Assembly (NCBI GenBank): GCA_021819135.1
Contig: JAKASE010000009.1
Coordinates: 15,408-79,407, forward strand
DNA from: Thermoplasmata archaeon
Lineage (GTDB): Archaea; Thermoplasmatota; Thermoplasmata; Lutacidiplasmatales; UBA184
Direction of reading: 5' to 3'
Length of the DNA: 64,000 nt
How positions within the stretch are numbered: position 1 is the first letter of the stretch; each line of letters begins with the position of its first letter. This document shows, piece by piece, positions 10,545 to 19,939 of the stretch. The notes under the pieces were generated by a model, which saw only the letters and a program-made list of their open reading frames with translations, searched no databases and was not told where the DNA came from. The position numbers were made by a program, and so were the translations under genes.

Positions 10545-12016
10545 CGACCCCCGCGCGCCAGATCACCGTCGACCCGATCACCCGGCTCGAAGGCCACGGG
10601 AAGATCGAGATCTTCCTCGACCCGAAGGGTGAGGTCGAGCGGGCCTACTTCCAGGTCCCCGAACTGCGGGGGTTCGAGGTCTTCTGCCGGGGACGGCCCG
10701 CGGAGGACCTGCCGCAGATCACCCCGCGCATCTGCGGGGTCTGTCCGACCTCGCACCACCTCGCCTCCACCAAGGCGGTCGACGACCTGTGGAAGGTCGA
10801 GCCGCCGGTGCCGGCGAAGAAGCTCCGCGAGCTGATGTACAGCCTGTTCATGTTCGAGGACCACGCCCTCCACTTCTACATCCTCGGGGGACCGGATTTC
10901 GTCGTCGGGCCGAAGGCGCCGAAGGCGGAACGGAACATCCTCGGCGTCATCCAGAAGGTCGGGGTCGAGACCGCGAAGACGGTCATCCAGGCCCGGAAGA
11001 AGGCCCGGGACCTGATGACCTACCTCGGCGGGAAGGTCATCCACCCCGTGATGGGCCTGCCCGGGGGGGTCGCGAAGGGGATCAAGCCGGAGGACCTCCC
11101 GAGGTTCCAGCAGGTCGCCGAGGAGTCGGTGGAGTTCGCGAAGTTCACCCTGCAGCTCTTCCGGGACGTCGTCCTGAAGAACGCCGGCTACGTGGATGTG
11201 ATCACATCCGGGGCGTACACGATCCCGACGTACTACATGGGCCTCGTCGACGCGAACAACCACCCGAACTTCTACGACGGCAAGCTACGGGTGGTCGATC
11301 CGTCCGGTAAGGAGTTCGCGAAGTTCGATGTGCACGACTACACCGAGCACCTGGGCGAGCACGTCGAGCCGTGGACCTACGTCCGGTTCACCTACCTCAA
11401 GAAGATCGGGTGGAGGGGGTTCACCGAAGGGAAGGACGGGTCGATCCTCGCGGTCGCGCCGCTCGGTCGGCTGAACGCCTCCGAGGGCATGGCCACCCCG
11501 CTCGCCCAAGAGGCGTTCCGGGAGTTCTACTCGACCCTCGGCGGAAGGCCCGTGCACGCGACCCTCGCGACCCACTGGGCCCGCCTCGTGGAGCTCCTCT
11601 ACGCGGCCGAGCGGATGCGCGAGCTCGTCCACGACCGGGACATCGTCTCGACGAACCTACGGAACCTCCCGACCCACACCCCAGACGTGGGGATCGGCGT
11701 CGTCGAGGCACCCCGGGGGACGCTGATCCATCACTACGAGACCGACGAGAAGGGGCTCGCGAAGAAGGTCAACCTGATCGTCGCGACGCAGAACAACGCG
11801 GCCCGGATCGCGATGTCGGTCGAGAAGGCCGCTAAGGGCCTGATCCACAAGGGCCTCGTGGACGACGGACTCCTCAACATGGTCGAGATGGCGTTCCGGG
11901 CCTACGACCCCTGCCACGCCTGCGCGACGCATGCCCTTCCGGGAACGATCCCGCTCCAGGTGACGATCCACGACTCCGAGCGGCACGTCGTGGCGGTCCT
12001 GAAGAACGCGGACTGA
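10541..12016 (+). CDS. mvhA: F420-non-reducing [NiFe] hydrogenase large subunit (MvhA)
   Basis: ATG overlaps the mvhG stop. N-terminal RICGVCPTSH (RxCGxCxxxH) and C-terminal DPCHACATH (DPCxxCxxH) are the Ni-Fe ligand motifs. 491 aa. Confidence 0.9.
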   Translation: MTTPARQITVDPITRLEGHGKIEIFLDPKGEVERAYFQVPELRGFEVFCRGRPAEDLPQITPRICGVCPTSHHLASTKAVDDLWKVEPPVPAKKLRELMYSLFMFEDHALHFYILGGPDFVVGPKAPKAERNILGVIQKVGVETAKTVIQARKKARDLMTYLGGKVIHPVMGLPGGVAKGIKPEDLPRFQQVAEESVEFAKFTLQLFRDVVLKNAGYVDVITSGAYTIPTYYMGLVDANNHPNFYDGKLRVVDPSGKEFAKFDVHDYTEHLGEHVEPWTYVRFTYLKKIGWRGFTEGKDGSILAVAPLGRLNASEGMATPLAQEAFREFYSTLGGRPVHATLATHWARLVELLYAAERMRELVHDRDIVSTNLRNLPTHTPDVGIGVVEAPRGTLIHHYETDEKGLAKKVNLIVATQNNAARIAMSVEKAAKGLIHKGLVDDGLLNMVEMAFRAYDPCHACATHALPGTIPLQVTIHDSERHVVAVLKNAD

Positions 12017-12154
12017 CGCGGGGAATCCGGGGACCGCTTCGTGACCGCACGCGCCGACCCTCCCCGTCGCGTGCGCTCGCGGCCGGCACAGTACGGCGGG
12101 AAGACGGGAGCCCGCGAGGCCCGGGACGCCCACCGCCCCGATGAGCCGGAGGGA

Positions 12155-12706
12155 ATGCCATCCAAGCGCCGCACCCCGGCCGCCTCCCGGCCCGGGCCGC
12201 GGGGCGTCGTGCTGGGGCTCGGCAACGACATCCTCACCGACGATGCGATCGGACCGCTCATCGTGCGGCGACTCAGGGACAAGTTCCGGGAACAGCCTTC
12301 CGTCGACTTCATCGAGTCGAACGAGATGGGACTCGCGCTGCTCGACTTCCTCGAGGGGTACGACTGGGCCCTGCTCGTCGACTCGATCGTGAGCGGCACC
12401 GTGCCCCCGGCCACCGTGCGGCTATTCGAACGGGCCGATTTTCCCACGACCCGCGGCTCGAACCCCCACCACGTAGGGGTCTACGACGCGCTCGCGTTCG
12501 CGGAGCGGGTCGACCTCGCGGTCCCGAAGGAGATCCGCGTGGTCGCGATCGAGGTGCGCGACCCGTTCACGTTCGGGACGGGCCTGACCCCAGAACTGGA
12601 ACGGGCCTCGGACCGCCTCGTCGCTGAGGTCGGCGAGCTCGTCCGGGAGCGATTGAACGGAGCATGCACGAATACGGAATCGCCGAAGAAGTCGCGCGGG
12701 CCATAA
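12155..12706 (+). CDS. hydrogenase maturation endopeptidase (HycI/FrhD/HoxM family)
   Basis: Contains VVLGLGNDILTDDAIGP near the N-terminus and a conserved His-containing C-terminal half. It is directly downstream of mvhA. The start is uncertain, either the ATG at 12155 or a downstream GTG. Confidence 0.7.
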   Translation: MPSKRRTPAASRPGPRGVVLGLGNDILTDDAIGPLIVRRLRDKFREQPSVDFIESNEMGLALLDFLEGYDWALLVDSIVSGTVPPATVRLFERADFPTTRGSNPHHVGVYDALAFAERVDLAVPKEIRVVAIEVRDPFTFGTGLTPELERASDRLVAEVGELVRERLNGACTNTESPKKSRGP

Positions 12707-13032
12707 TCCGGTACTCGGAAGAGCACGGCGGGGCCCACCCCCGGACGGCCTGGGTAGGCCTCGGTGCCCTGTCCGGGCTGGACCCCGAGTCGCTCGAAGA
12801 GGCCTACCCCATCGCGGCGAAGGGGACCGCGGTCGAGGACGTACGGCTGGTCGTGCGGATCGAACGGGCCGAGTGCCGGTGCCGGGGATGCGGGGCCACG
12901 CTGGCCCTGGAGGGACCCGTGGACCTACTGCTGTGCGAGCAGTGCGGATCCGCCGACTTCGAATGCCCTCCGCACGCCCGGGGCACCTGGCTGACCCGGG
13001 TCGAGCTCGAGGAGGGTCCGACCAACCGGTGA
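12664..13032 (+). CDS. hypA: hydrogenase nickel insertion protein HypA
   Basis: MHEYGIAEEV N-terminus (the HypA MHE motif) and a C-terminal Zn ribbon (CRCRGCG...CEQCGS). Overlaps the protease gene by 43 nt. Confidence 0.85.
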   Translation: MHEYGIAEEVARAIIRYSEEHGGAHPRTAWVGLGALSGLDPESLEEAYPIAAKGTAVEDVRLVVRIERAECRCRGCGATLALEGPVDLLLCEQCGSADFECPPHARGTWLTRVELEEGPTNR

Positions 13033-13280
13033 CGGTCCTCGGGCTGTCTTCGCCTTCGTCGGTTCCGAGCCCCCACCGGGGAGCCGCACCACCGGTAGCA
13101 TCCACGCCGTACCGTAGATCAGGTAGCGCAGCAGGCCGCAACGTAGAACGAAAGGGGGCGTGGCGTCTCAGAGGCCCGTTCCCCCTCTGTGGCGTGGCGA
13201 GTGATGGCCCTCGCAGCCACCGTCGAGAGAACGTGGCAACGCACGGGCCTCGCCCGAGGGGATGAATGAGTGATGCGGCC

Positions 13281-15248
13281 TTACCGAATGGGCACGGGGT
13301 GGGACCCGGCAGCTGCCGTAGACGGGACCGGGTGCCCGGGGTCGACCAAACCGGCCCGCCTCAGAATCTCGGCGAACCTTGGGTCCTTCCGGACCGGGTC
13401 GAGCGGCGGGTCCAGCCGGAACGGAGTGAACCAGAGATTCCGCTGGTCGATCGCCTGGTCCAGCAGACGGAAACAACCCTCCACGTCGCCGACATGGGCA
13501 CGCAACCAAGCGAAGAGAAACGCCACGGTCCGCACGGAAGTCGCTTCCTCTTCCCGGAGGAGCTCCTTTGCCCTTTCGATTTGGCCGAGGCCGGCGTACG
13601 CGACGATACGCAGGGCCCACGCCCCCCCCGGCCGGATGGCGTCCCATCGGTCCGCCGACTCCAGCGCGCGTTGAAAGTCGGAACAATACGCATGGTACCA
13701 ACCGAGCGCCTTGTAGTACGACTCTCCGGCGTGGTCGACCTGACGGAGGCGCCTAATGATGTTCTCGGCCTCCTCCCGCCGCCCCAGATAGTTCAGGTAG
13801 TAGACGTGGGCCACCAGGATGGGTACCGACTGGGGGTCCGACTCCTCGGCCACGGAGAGTTCTCGCAGGGCCTCCTCGACCCGGACCTCGTCCATCAGCA
13901 GCACGGCGTAGTTCTGCCGGGCCCACGAGTAGCTCGGGCTGAGGGCGATCGCCTGCCGGAACTCCCTCTCTGCCTCGGCCCACTGCCAGTCGTCGTAGAG
14001 GATGAGGGCGAGCGATGCATGCGCCTCGGCGAGATCCGGATCGAGCTCTAGCGCGTGGGTCACGAACGGTCGTGCCCTGGCGTCCCACTCCGCTCGGGTA
14101 CTGGGGTCGAAGAGCCCGACGAGGTGAATGGTCTCGGCGAGACCGCAGTACGCCGCGGCGTTCTGATCATCGAGTGAAACGGCAAGCTCAAACTGCTTTC
14201 TCGCGGCCTCCAGCGACTCCCGTTGGACGGACGCAGCCATCAGGTGGCGCCCCCTCAGGTACGCCAGGTAGGACTCGGGACGGATGCCCGGCCGTTCCCC
14301 CATGCGGGCCTCTTCCTCGCCCTTCAGCCGGACCTTCAACGCGTCGGCGATCTCCTTGGAGACATCCGTCTGGACCGCAAAGATGTGGGCGACCTTCCGG
14401 TCGAACGTGTTCGACCAGACGTGGGCCTGGGACCCGACATCAATGAGTTGCACCGCGATCCGGAGCTGGTCGCCCGACCTTCGGACGCTTCCCTCGAGGA
14501 TCGATGTGACACCAAGTTCCGCCCCGACCTGATCGATCGGCTTGGGCGCTCCCTTGTACTGCACGACCGAGGTACGTGCGGTCACCTGGAGCCCCTGCAA
14601 CCGCGAGAGCATCGTGATCAACTCCTCGGTGAGGCCATCGGCGATGTACTCGTCCTTGGGATCCGGACTGATATTGGCGAACGGAAGTACCGCGAGCCGC
14701 GGCAGAACTGCGGGTCGGGGCGCGGACGGGACCGGGGCCCACGGTAGCACGATCCGATAGATCTCCAACGGCTCCCCGAGCCCCTTGAGGTTCTTCGCGC
14801 CGATCTCCTCGAACCGATACGGCACCTTCGTGCGCACCTGGTCGTAGACCTGCGCCGATAGGCAGACCCCCCCGGGATCCGCACACGACTCCAACCGAGA
14901 GGCGATGTTGACGGCATCTCCGAGGATGTCGGCCCCCTTCCGCTGGACATCGCCCAGATGGATGCCGACCCGCATCGGAAGCCAAAGCGCCCTCTCCCGT
15001 TCGTCCCGCTCTGCCGCGTGACGTTGAAGGTCGACCCCGCACTCGACCGCGTCCAGGGCGTCCGGGAACTCGAGCAAGAGTCCGTCGCCGATCGACTTCA
15101 CCTTCCGGCCATGATGGGTCGCGAGGACCATTCGAACGAGCCGGTCCTGCTCTTGGAGCAGCCGGAAGGCTCCCCGCTCATCTCTCTGGCTGAGCTGCGT
15201 GAACCCCTCGAGGTCGGTGAACATTATGGCCGAGAGACGGCGCGCCAT
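13281..15248 (-). CDS. class III adenylate/guanylate cyclase with TolB-N-like segment and C-terminal TPR repeats
   Basis: N-terminal CHD cyclase domain (MFTDLEGFTQL...GDGLLLEFPDA...GIHLGDV). Followed by LAVLPFANISPDPKDEYIADGLTEELITMLS and multiple TPR-like helical repeats (A/L/Y-rich, ~34 aa periodicity) to the C-terminus. Confidence 0.8.
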   Translation of the reverse strand: MARRLSAIMFTDLEGFTQLSQRDERGAFRLLQEQDRLVRMVLATHHGRKVKSIGDGLLLEFPDALDAVECGVDLQRHAAERDERERALWLPMRVGIHLGDVQRKGADILGDAVNIASRLESCADPGGVCLSAQVYDQVRTKVPYRFEEIGAKNLKGLGEPLEIYRIVLPWAPVPSAPRPAVLPRLAVLPFANISPDPKDEYIADGLTEELITMLSRLQGLQVTARTSVVQYKGAPKPIDQVGAELGVTSILEGSVRRSGDQLRIAVQLIDVGSQAHVWSNTFDRKVAHIFAVQTDVSKEIADALKVRLKGEEEARMGERPGIRPESYLAYLRGRHLMAASVQRESLEAARKQFELAVSLDDQNAAAYCGLAETIHLVGLFDPSTRAEWDARARPFVTHALELDPDLAEAHASLALILYDDWQWAEAEREFRQAIALSPSYSWARQNYAVLLMDEVRVEEALRELSVAEESDPQSVPILVAHVYYLNYLGRREEAENIIRRLRQVDHAGESYYKALGWYHAYCSDFQRALESADRWDAIRPGGAWALRIVAYAGLGQIERAKELLREEEATSVRTVAFLFAWLRAHVGDVEGCFRLLDQAIDQRNLWFTPFRLDPPLDPVRKDPRFAEILRRAGLVDPGHPVPSTAAAGSHPVPIR

Positions 15249-15503
15249 GACAGCCCACCCTGAGGGTCCGGTGCTTGCCGCAGTGCAGGTCGAGCTCGCT
15301 ATTCAAGGCGGCGGCAGTTTCGGGATTTCCCCTATCCGCGAAGCACACCCTCCAGAGGAGAACAAGGACGACGAACGTCGGGCACCGGACCTTTGGCCGC
15401 CCTCCCGCAGTCCCATCCGCACAGGGTTCGGAGACGCCCTGCCCCCAATTGTACAACGAAAAGCGCACAATATTGATATATTCGTTGAATTCTGTTTAAC
15501 GCT

Positions 15504-15902
15504 GTGCGGACCGCTCGGGCCGACGCTCCCGCGACTCGCTTCCTCGGTGTGCGCCTCACCGCCGAGGAGGAGTCGAACCTCGAGAGGTTCCGAACCGAAC
15601 ACGACTTTGCGAGCCGTTCCGACGCGGTGCGGGCCCTCGTGCGTGCGGCGGTCGAAACGCCCGCCTCCGCGATCGAAGTGCCCACCACGCTGCGGAACGA
15701 GCTCGAGGATCTCGCGGAGGATGGATACGCTCGGGACGTGGGTGAAGCGGCGACGCTCGCCCTCACCCTCGGTATCCGGGAGCTGGCTCGCACGCACGTC
15801 GAACAGCTGACGGCCCTGCGCGAGCGCGCGCGGTCGGCGGCGGACCGGCGGGCGCGACGTCACCGGGCGGACCGGGAGGGTCGGGGACTCCTCGGGCAGT
15901 AG
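15504..15902 (+). CDS. hypothetical protein, possible ribbon-helix-helix DNA-binding fold
   Basis: 132 aa. The N-terminal LGVRLTAEEESNLERFRTEHDFASRSDAVRALVRAAV resembles RHH/CopG-type proteins. No further support. Confidence 0.3.
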   Translation: MRTARADAPATRFLGVRLTAEEESNLERFRTEHDFASRSDAVRALVRAAVETPASAIEVPTTLRNELEDLAEDGYARDVGEAATLALTLGIRELARTHVEQLTALRERARSAADRRARRHRADREGRGLLGQ

Positions 15903-16069
15903 TCTCCGGGTTAGGGGAGCGGTTGCAACATGGAGCCGATGGGGATCGCCTGGAGCGAACGAAGCGGGTTCATCTGTCGACTGTGCCGTCAGGACGCCAA
16001 GCATAATGAGGTGCTGCACATCTCATACTGCCCCGTCCACGGCCTCAGTTCACCCTTGGACCAGCTCCC

Positions 16070-16645
16070 GTGGCGACCGGAGGCGAGAGCATCCCGCGTC
16101 TCTATACCCGCACGGGCGACCGTGGAACCACCGCTCTTGCCGGCGGTTCGCGCGTAGAGAAGGACGCGCCCCGCATCCGCACCTACGGCACCTACGACGA
16201 GCTCGGGGCCTGCCTCGGTCTCGCCTTCGCCGAGCTCCCGGGCGAGCTCGCCGACATCCGGGACGTGGTGCGCAGGCTCGAGCACGAGGTCTACGTCGCC
16301 CAGGCGGAGCTCGCGAACCCCTCCGACCGTCACCCGGCAAAGCACCGGATCTCCCGCGCGCATGTCCGCCGCCTCGAGACGGACATCGACCGGTTCGAGG
16401 GAGCGCACGGGTCGATCCACTCGTTCGTCCTTCCCGGGGGCTCGCGGCCGGCGGCGTTCCTCCATCTCGCGCGCGTCACGGCGCGCCGGGCCGAGCGGGA
16501 ACTGTGGACTCTTCATCGCGCCGAGCCCGTCCGCCCGGAACTCCTCCAGTGGGCGAACCGGCTGAGCGGGCTCCTCTTCGCCCTCGCGCTCGCGACGAAC
16601 CAACGCCTCGGCGTCCCCGAGGTGCCTCCCGACTACACGGTCTGA
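16070..16645 (+). CDS. ATP:cob(I)alamin adenosyltransferase (PduO/MMAB type)
   Basis: Contains IPRLYTRTGDRGTTAL, the PduO-type adenosyltransferase signature, in a ~190 aa helical protein. Confidence 0.75.
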   Translation: MATGGESIPRLYTRTGDRGTTALAGGSRVEKDAPRIRTYGTYDELGACLGLAFAELPGELADIRDVVRRLEHEVYVAQAELANPSDRHPAKHRISRAHVRRLETDIDRFEGAHGSIHSFVLPGGSRPAAFLHLARVTARRAERELWTLHRAEPVRPELLQWANRLSGLLFALALATNQRLGVPEVPPDYTV

Positions 16646-16669
16646 CGGCGGACCGCACGGAGGCTCGCG

Positions 16670-17866
16670 TTGGAGATCGGGGTGGTCGGGAAGCCGAACG
16701 TCGGGAAGTCGACGTTCTTCAACGCGCTCACGCTGCTCGACGCCCCGATGGCCCCGTACCCCTTCACGACGATCGCCCCGAATCGGGGGGTCGGAGCGGT
16801 GCGGGCGAAGTGCCCGCATCCGGAGAAGGGTACCCCGTGCACTCCGGGCAACGCGAAGTGCGTGGACGGGACCCGCTGGATCCCGGTGAACCTCGTGGAC
16901 GTCCCCGGGCTCGTGCCTGGAGCCCATCTCGGGAAGGGCCTCGGCCACAAGTTCCTCGACGACCTCCGGGCGGCCGACGGATTCGTCCAGATCGTCGACC
17001 TGTCCGGCGCGACCGATGCCGAAGGTCGCATCGACTCCCCGGGGGCGCACGACCCGGCGGAGGAGGTCGGCTGGCTCGAGGAGGAGATGGTGGCCTGGAT
17101 CGCGGAGGTCCTCGGCCGTGACTTCAACCGTCAGGCGCGCACCGTCGAGCTCGAGGGACGGAAGCTCGAGGAGTTCCTGGCGCAGCGCCTCACCGGGCTC
17201 TCGATCGCGCCGACGGCGATCGCCTCCGCCCTCCGGAACACGGCGATCGACCGGGCGCACCCGGCGCACTGGTCGGCCGAGGACCTCGCCCGGCTGGGCC
17301 GCGAGCTGCTCCGGGAGTCGAAGCCTCGCCTCGTCGCGGCGAACAAGTGCGACCGCAGTTCCCGCGCGCAGGAGAACGCCCTCTCGAGCGCGATCGCCCC
17401 CATTCCGGTCGTCCCCACGGGCGCGGATGCCGAGCTGACGCTCCGGCGCGCGGCGCGGGCCGGGCTCGTGGAATATCGACCGGGGGACGCGGAGTTCACC
17501 GTGCGCGATCCGGGCCGGCTGTCTCCTCCCCAGGCGAAGGCCCTCGAGGGGATCCGGGCGATCCTCGCGACCTGGGGCTCTACGGGGGTCCAGGCGGCCC
17601 TCGAGCGCATGGTCTACGAGCGGCTCCGCATGATCGTGGTCTATCCGGTAGAGGACGAGACCCATTGGACCGACGGCCAGGGACGGGTGCTGCCCGACGC
17701 CCTGCTGGTGCCGGCCGAGACGACGGCGCGCGCGGTCGCCTACCGGGTCCACACCGATCTGGGGGAGCACTTCATCCGGGCGATCGACGGCCGTACCCAT
17801 CGGGCGCTCGCCGCGGACCATCCGCTCGGACCGAACGCGGTCATCCGGATCGTCGCCCGCAAGTAG
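16670..17866 (+). CDS. YchF/OLA1-family (Obg-like) P-loop ATPase/GTPase
   Basis: TTG start. G1 motif VGKPNVGKST, then FTTIAPNRG (PFCTIEPN-like). ~400 aa with a C-terminal TGS-like region. Confidence 0.7.
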   Translation: MEIGVVGKPNVGKSTFFNALTLLDAPMAPYPFTTIAPNRGVGAVRAKCPHPEKGTPCTPGNAKCVDGTRWIPVNLVDVPGLVPGAHLGKGLGHKFLDDLRAADGFVQIVDLSGATDAEGRIDSPGAHDPAEEVGWLEEEMVAWIAEVLGRDFNRQARTVELEGRKLEEFLAQRLTGLSIAPTAIASALRNTAIDRAHPAHWSAEDLARLGRELLRESKPRLVAANKCDRSSRAQENALSSAIAPIPVVPTGADAELTLRRAARAGLVEYRPGDAEFTVRDPGRLSPPQAKALEGIRAILATWGSTGVQAALERMVYERLRMIVVYPVEDETHWTDGQGRVLPDALLVPAETTARAVAYRVHTDLGEHFIRAIDGRTHRALAADHPLGPNAVIRIVARK

Positions 17867-17884
17867 CGGACGGGTACCCGCGGA

Positions 17885-18859
17885 CTACGGTTCGATCAGC
17901 CGTACCCCGGTGGCCGAAGGCCGGACGACGAACGGCAGCCCACCGGCCCGGGCGAGGCGACGGACGAGCTCGACCTCCTTTCCCGGGACGGGGAGCGCGA
18001 CGATCGAACCGCCGGCGCCGGCCCCGGTGAGCTTCGCCGCTTCGGCGGCCGGTGCGGCCGCCGAGATCAGGGCCTCGAGCCGGGGATGCGAGACCCCCAC
18101 CTCGCGCAGGAGCTCCTGGTTGCGTCCGATCAGTTCGGCGACCCGCGGGCGGTCCCCCTGCTCCACGGCGCGGATCCCATCGCGGGCGACCCGGGTGAAC
18201 TCTTCGAGAAGCCTCGGACCGTCGGACCGGGCGAGCCGTTCGCCGACGGCCCGGACCGCGGTACCCGTCGACCGGGGGATGCCGCTGTGCGCGACGACCC
18301 AGAGCCAGCCGGGATCAGGGACCCGTCGCACCTCCCACTCCCGGTCGGGGCCGCGCACCGTCCAGAGGACCTCCCCGGAGCCTCCGTTGATCGATAGAAA
18401 TCCTCCGCCGACCACCGCCGACGTGTCGCCCGGACTGCCGACCCCCTGGGCCCCCCGCTCGGTCTCGAAGGCGCGCTGCGCGAGGGCCGGGCGGTCGATG
18501 CCTCCGCGCGCCGCCGAGAGGGCCGCGGAGAGGGCGGCCACGAACGCCGCGGACGAGCCGAGGCCGGCGGACTTCGGGATGCGCGAGACCGCGCGCACCG
18601 CGACCGGCGGGCCGTCGGACCAGCTACGGGCGAGGGCGGACCGGAAGTACGGGTTCCGCTCGGTGCCCTCCCGGTCGGTGTTCAGGGAGACCGCCCCGGA
18701 CGGCCGGACGATCACCTGCACCGAGAGGTCGAGGGCAAAGAGGAGCTCGGGCGCCCCGTGGACGACCGCATGCTCGCCGAAGACGATGCACTTGCCCGGG
18801 GCCTCGGCCGACACCGGGAGGGCCCGGGCCGGGATCGGCGGGAGCTCCAACGCGCTCAT
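17885..18859 (-). CDS. mvk: mevalonate kinase (GHMP kinase family)
   Basis: Internal ATG start (MSALELPPIP). Contains APGKCIVFGEHAVVHG and a GHMP motif region (IPKSAGLGSSAAFV). The 125 upstream codons of the ORF-track entry were rejected as junk. Confidence 0.8.
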   Translation of the reverse strand: MSALELPPIPARALPVSAEAPGKCIVFGEHAVVHGAPELLFALDLSVQVIVRPSGAVSLNTDREGTERNPYFRSALARSWSDGPPVAVRAVSRIPKSAGLGSSAAFVAALSAALSAARGGIDRPALAQRAFETERGAQGVGSPGDTSAVVGGGFLSINGGSGEVLWTVRGPDREWEVRRVPDPGWLWVVAHSGIPRSTGTAVRAVGERLARSDGPRLLEEFTRVARDGIRAVEQGDRPRVAELIGRNQELLREVGVSHPRLEALISAAAPAAEAAKLTGAGAGGSIVALPVPGKEVELVRRLARAGGLPFVVRPSATGVRLIEP

Positions 18860-19443
18860 CGGGCCTCCGCGGGGGACAGAGCGACCCGCTCGACGACCTT
18901 CTTGCCCCGCGCCCGAGGCACGACCTTTAGGCGAGCGCCGCGGGGGACGCGAGCGGTCGGAAGGCCGAGGAGCCGTACGAGCGTGACCGCCAGTGCCGCG
19001 ACCTCGCTGTGGGGCTGGCTTCCCACCGAGACATTGACGGTCGCGAGCCGGTAGAGCTCCGACGGGACCTTCGCCCCGCCCACGACGAGGAGGAGGCGAC
19101 GGGCTCGGACGAGACGGGGGGCGACGCGGTCGAGCGGAAGCCCGTACATCGTGAGGTGGACGACCTCCCCGTCGAACTCCCGAACGAGTCGCTTCCACTC
19201 CGTCGCGGGGGCCACCTCGAAGGAGCCGCCCCACCGACGAGTGACCGCGAGGAGGCGCGCGGCGAGATCGGGGTCAGGGGGATGCAGGTAAAGGCGCCGC
19301 GCACCGAGCGCGCGGGCGGTCAGGGCGACGTGCGTGGTCAGCCGGGGATCCCGACCGGGGCGATGCCCGACCCGGAGGACGGAGACCTCGGGAACGGTCC
19401 TAGGAGCCCGGGTCCGCCTGGAACCGCTCGATCCGGTGCCCAC
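18856..19443 (-). CDS. tRNA (cytidine56-2'-O)-methyltransferase aTrm56 (SPOUT)
   Basis: LRVGHRPGRDPRLTTHVALTARALGA matches the aTrm56 N-terminal signature. Its stop overlaps the mevalonate kinase start by 4 nt. The exact start is uncertain. Confidence 0.7.
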   Translation of the reverse strand: MGTGSSGSRRTRAPRTVPEVSVLRVGHRPGRDPRLTTHVALTARALGARRLYLHPPDPDLAARLLAVTRRWGGSFEVAPATEWKRLVREFDGEVVHLTMYGLPLDRVAPRLVRARRLLLVVGGAKVPSELYRLATVNVSVGSQPHSEVAALAVTLVRLLGLPTARVPRGARLKVVPRARGKKVVERVALSPAEAR

Positions 19444-19939
19444 GGTACTCCAGCTTGTCGGAACGCTTGACGATCCCCTTGAGGCGAGTGGCGCTCATCC
19501 CGAGCTCCTCGGCCACGTCGGAGAAGAACCGACCGTCCGGTCCGACCGCCTGGTAGATCTTCTCCTCGATCTTGCCGTACTCCTTCGGCGGCATGGTCGC
19601 GATCGCGAGCACCTCCGAGATCTCCCCGAGCGGGCTCGTGGTGCTGATGTTGATCGTCGAATAGTAGAAATGGTAGCTCTTCTCGGGCTGGCGCTTCCCT
19701 TCCCGGGCGACCCAGCGGGTATCGATCAGGCGGAGCTTCTCGAAGAAGGCGAGCGCCTTCTCGCCCTCCTTGCCGAACTCGGCGCGCATGTCGTCTAGAG
19801 TGAGCCAGCTCTCCCCGAGCCGCTGGACGAGCTTCAGCTTGACCGGCGAGTCCACGGCCCGCAGGATCGGAACGAGGTCGGATACATCGTTCACGACCTT
19901 GATGCGGTGGATGTTCGCGACCATGCGGTCTCCGATCAC
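19400..19939 (-). CDS. hypothetical protein (possible winged-helix regulator)
   Basis: 179 aa ORF with normal amino-acid composition. No family recognised. Overlaps the aTrm56 start by ~44 nt. Confidence 0.35.
   Translation of the reverse strand: MIGDRMVANIHRIKVVNDVSDLVPILRAVDSPVKLKLVQRLGESWLTLDDMRAEFGKEGEKALAFFEKLRLIDTRWVAREGKRQPEKSYHFYYSTINISTTSPLGEISEVLAIATMPPKEYGKIEEKIYQAVGPDGRFFSDVAEELGMSATRLKGIVKRSDKLEYRGHRIERFQADPGS

Noticed and set aside
15303-16019. 238-aa minus-strand ORF spanning the AT-rich intergenic patch and antisense to the RHH-like ORF
   Set aside because: It crosses a probable promoter region (15440-15500 is the most AT-rich stretch in the window) and has no motifs. The RHH-like call itself is weak.
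17885-19234. 449-aa ORF-track call for the mevalonate kinase gene
   Set aside because: The N-terminal 125 aa are Arg/Pro/Gly junk overlapping aTrm56. The gene starts at the internal ATG (MSALEL...).
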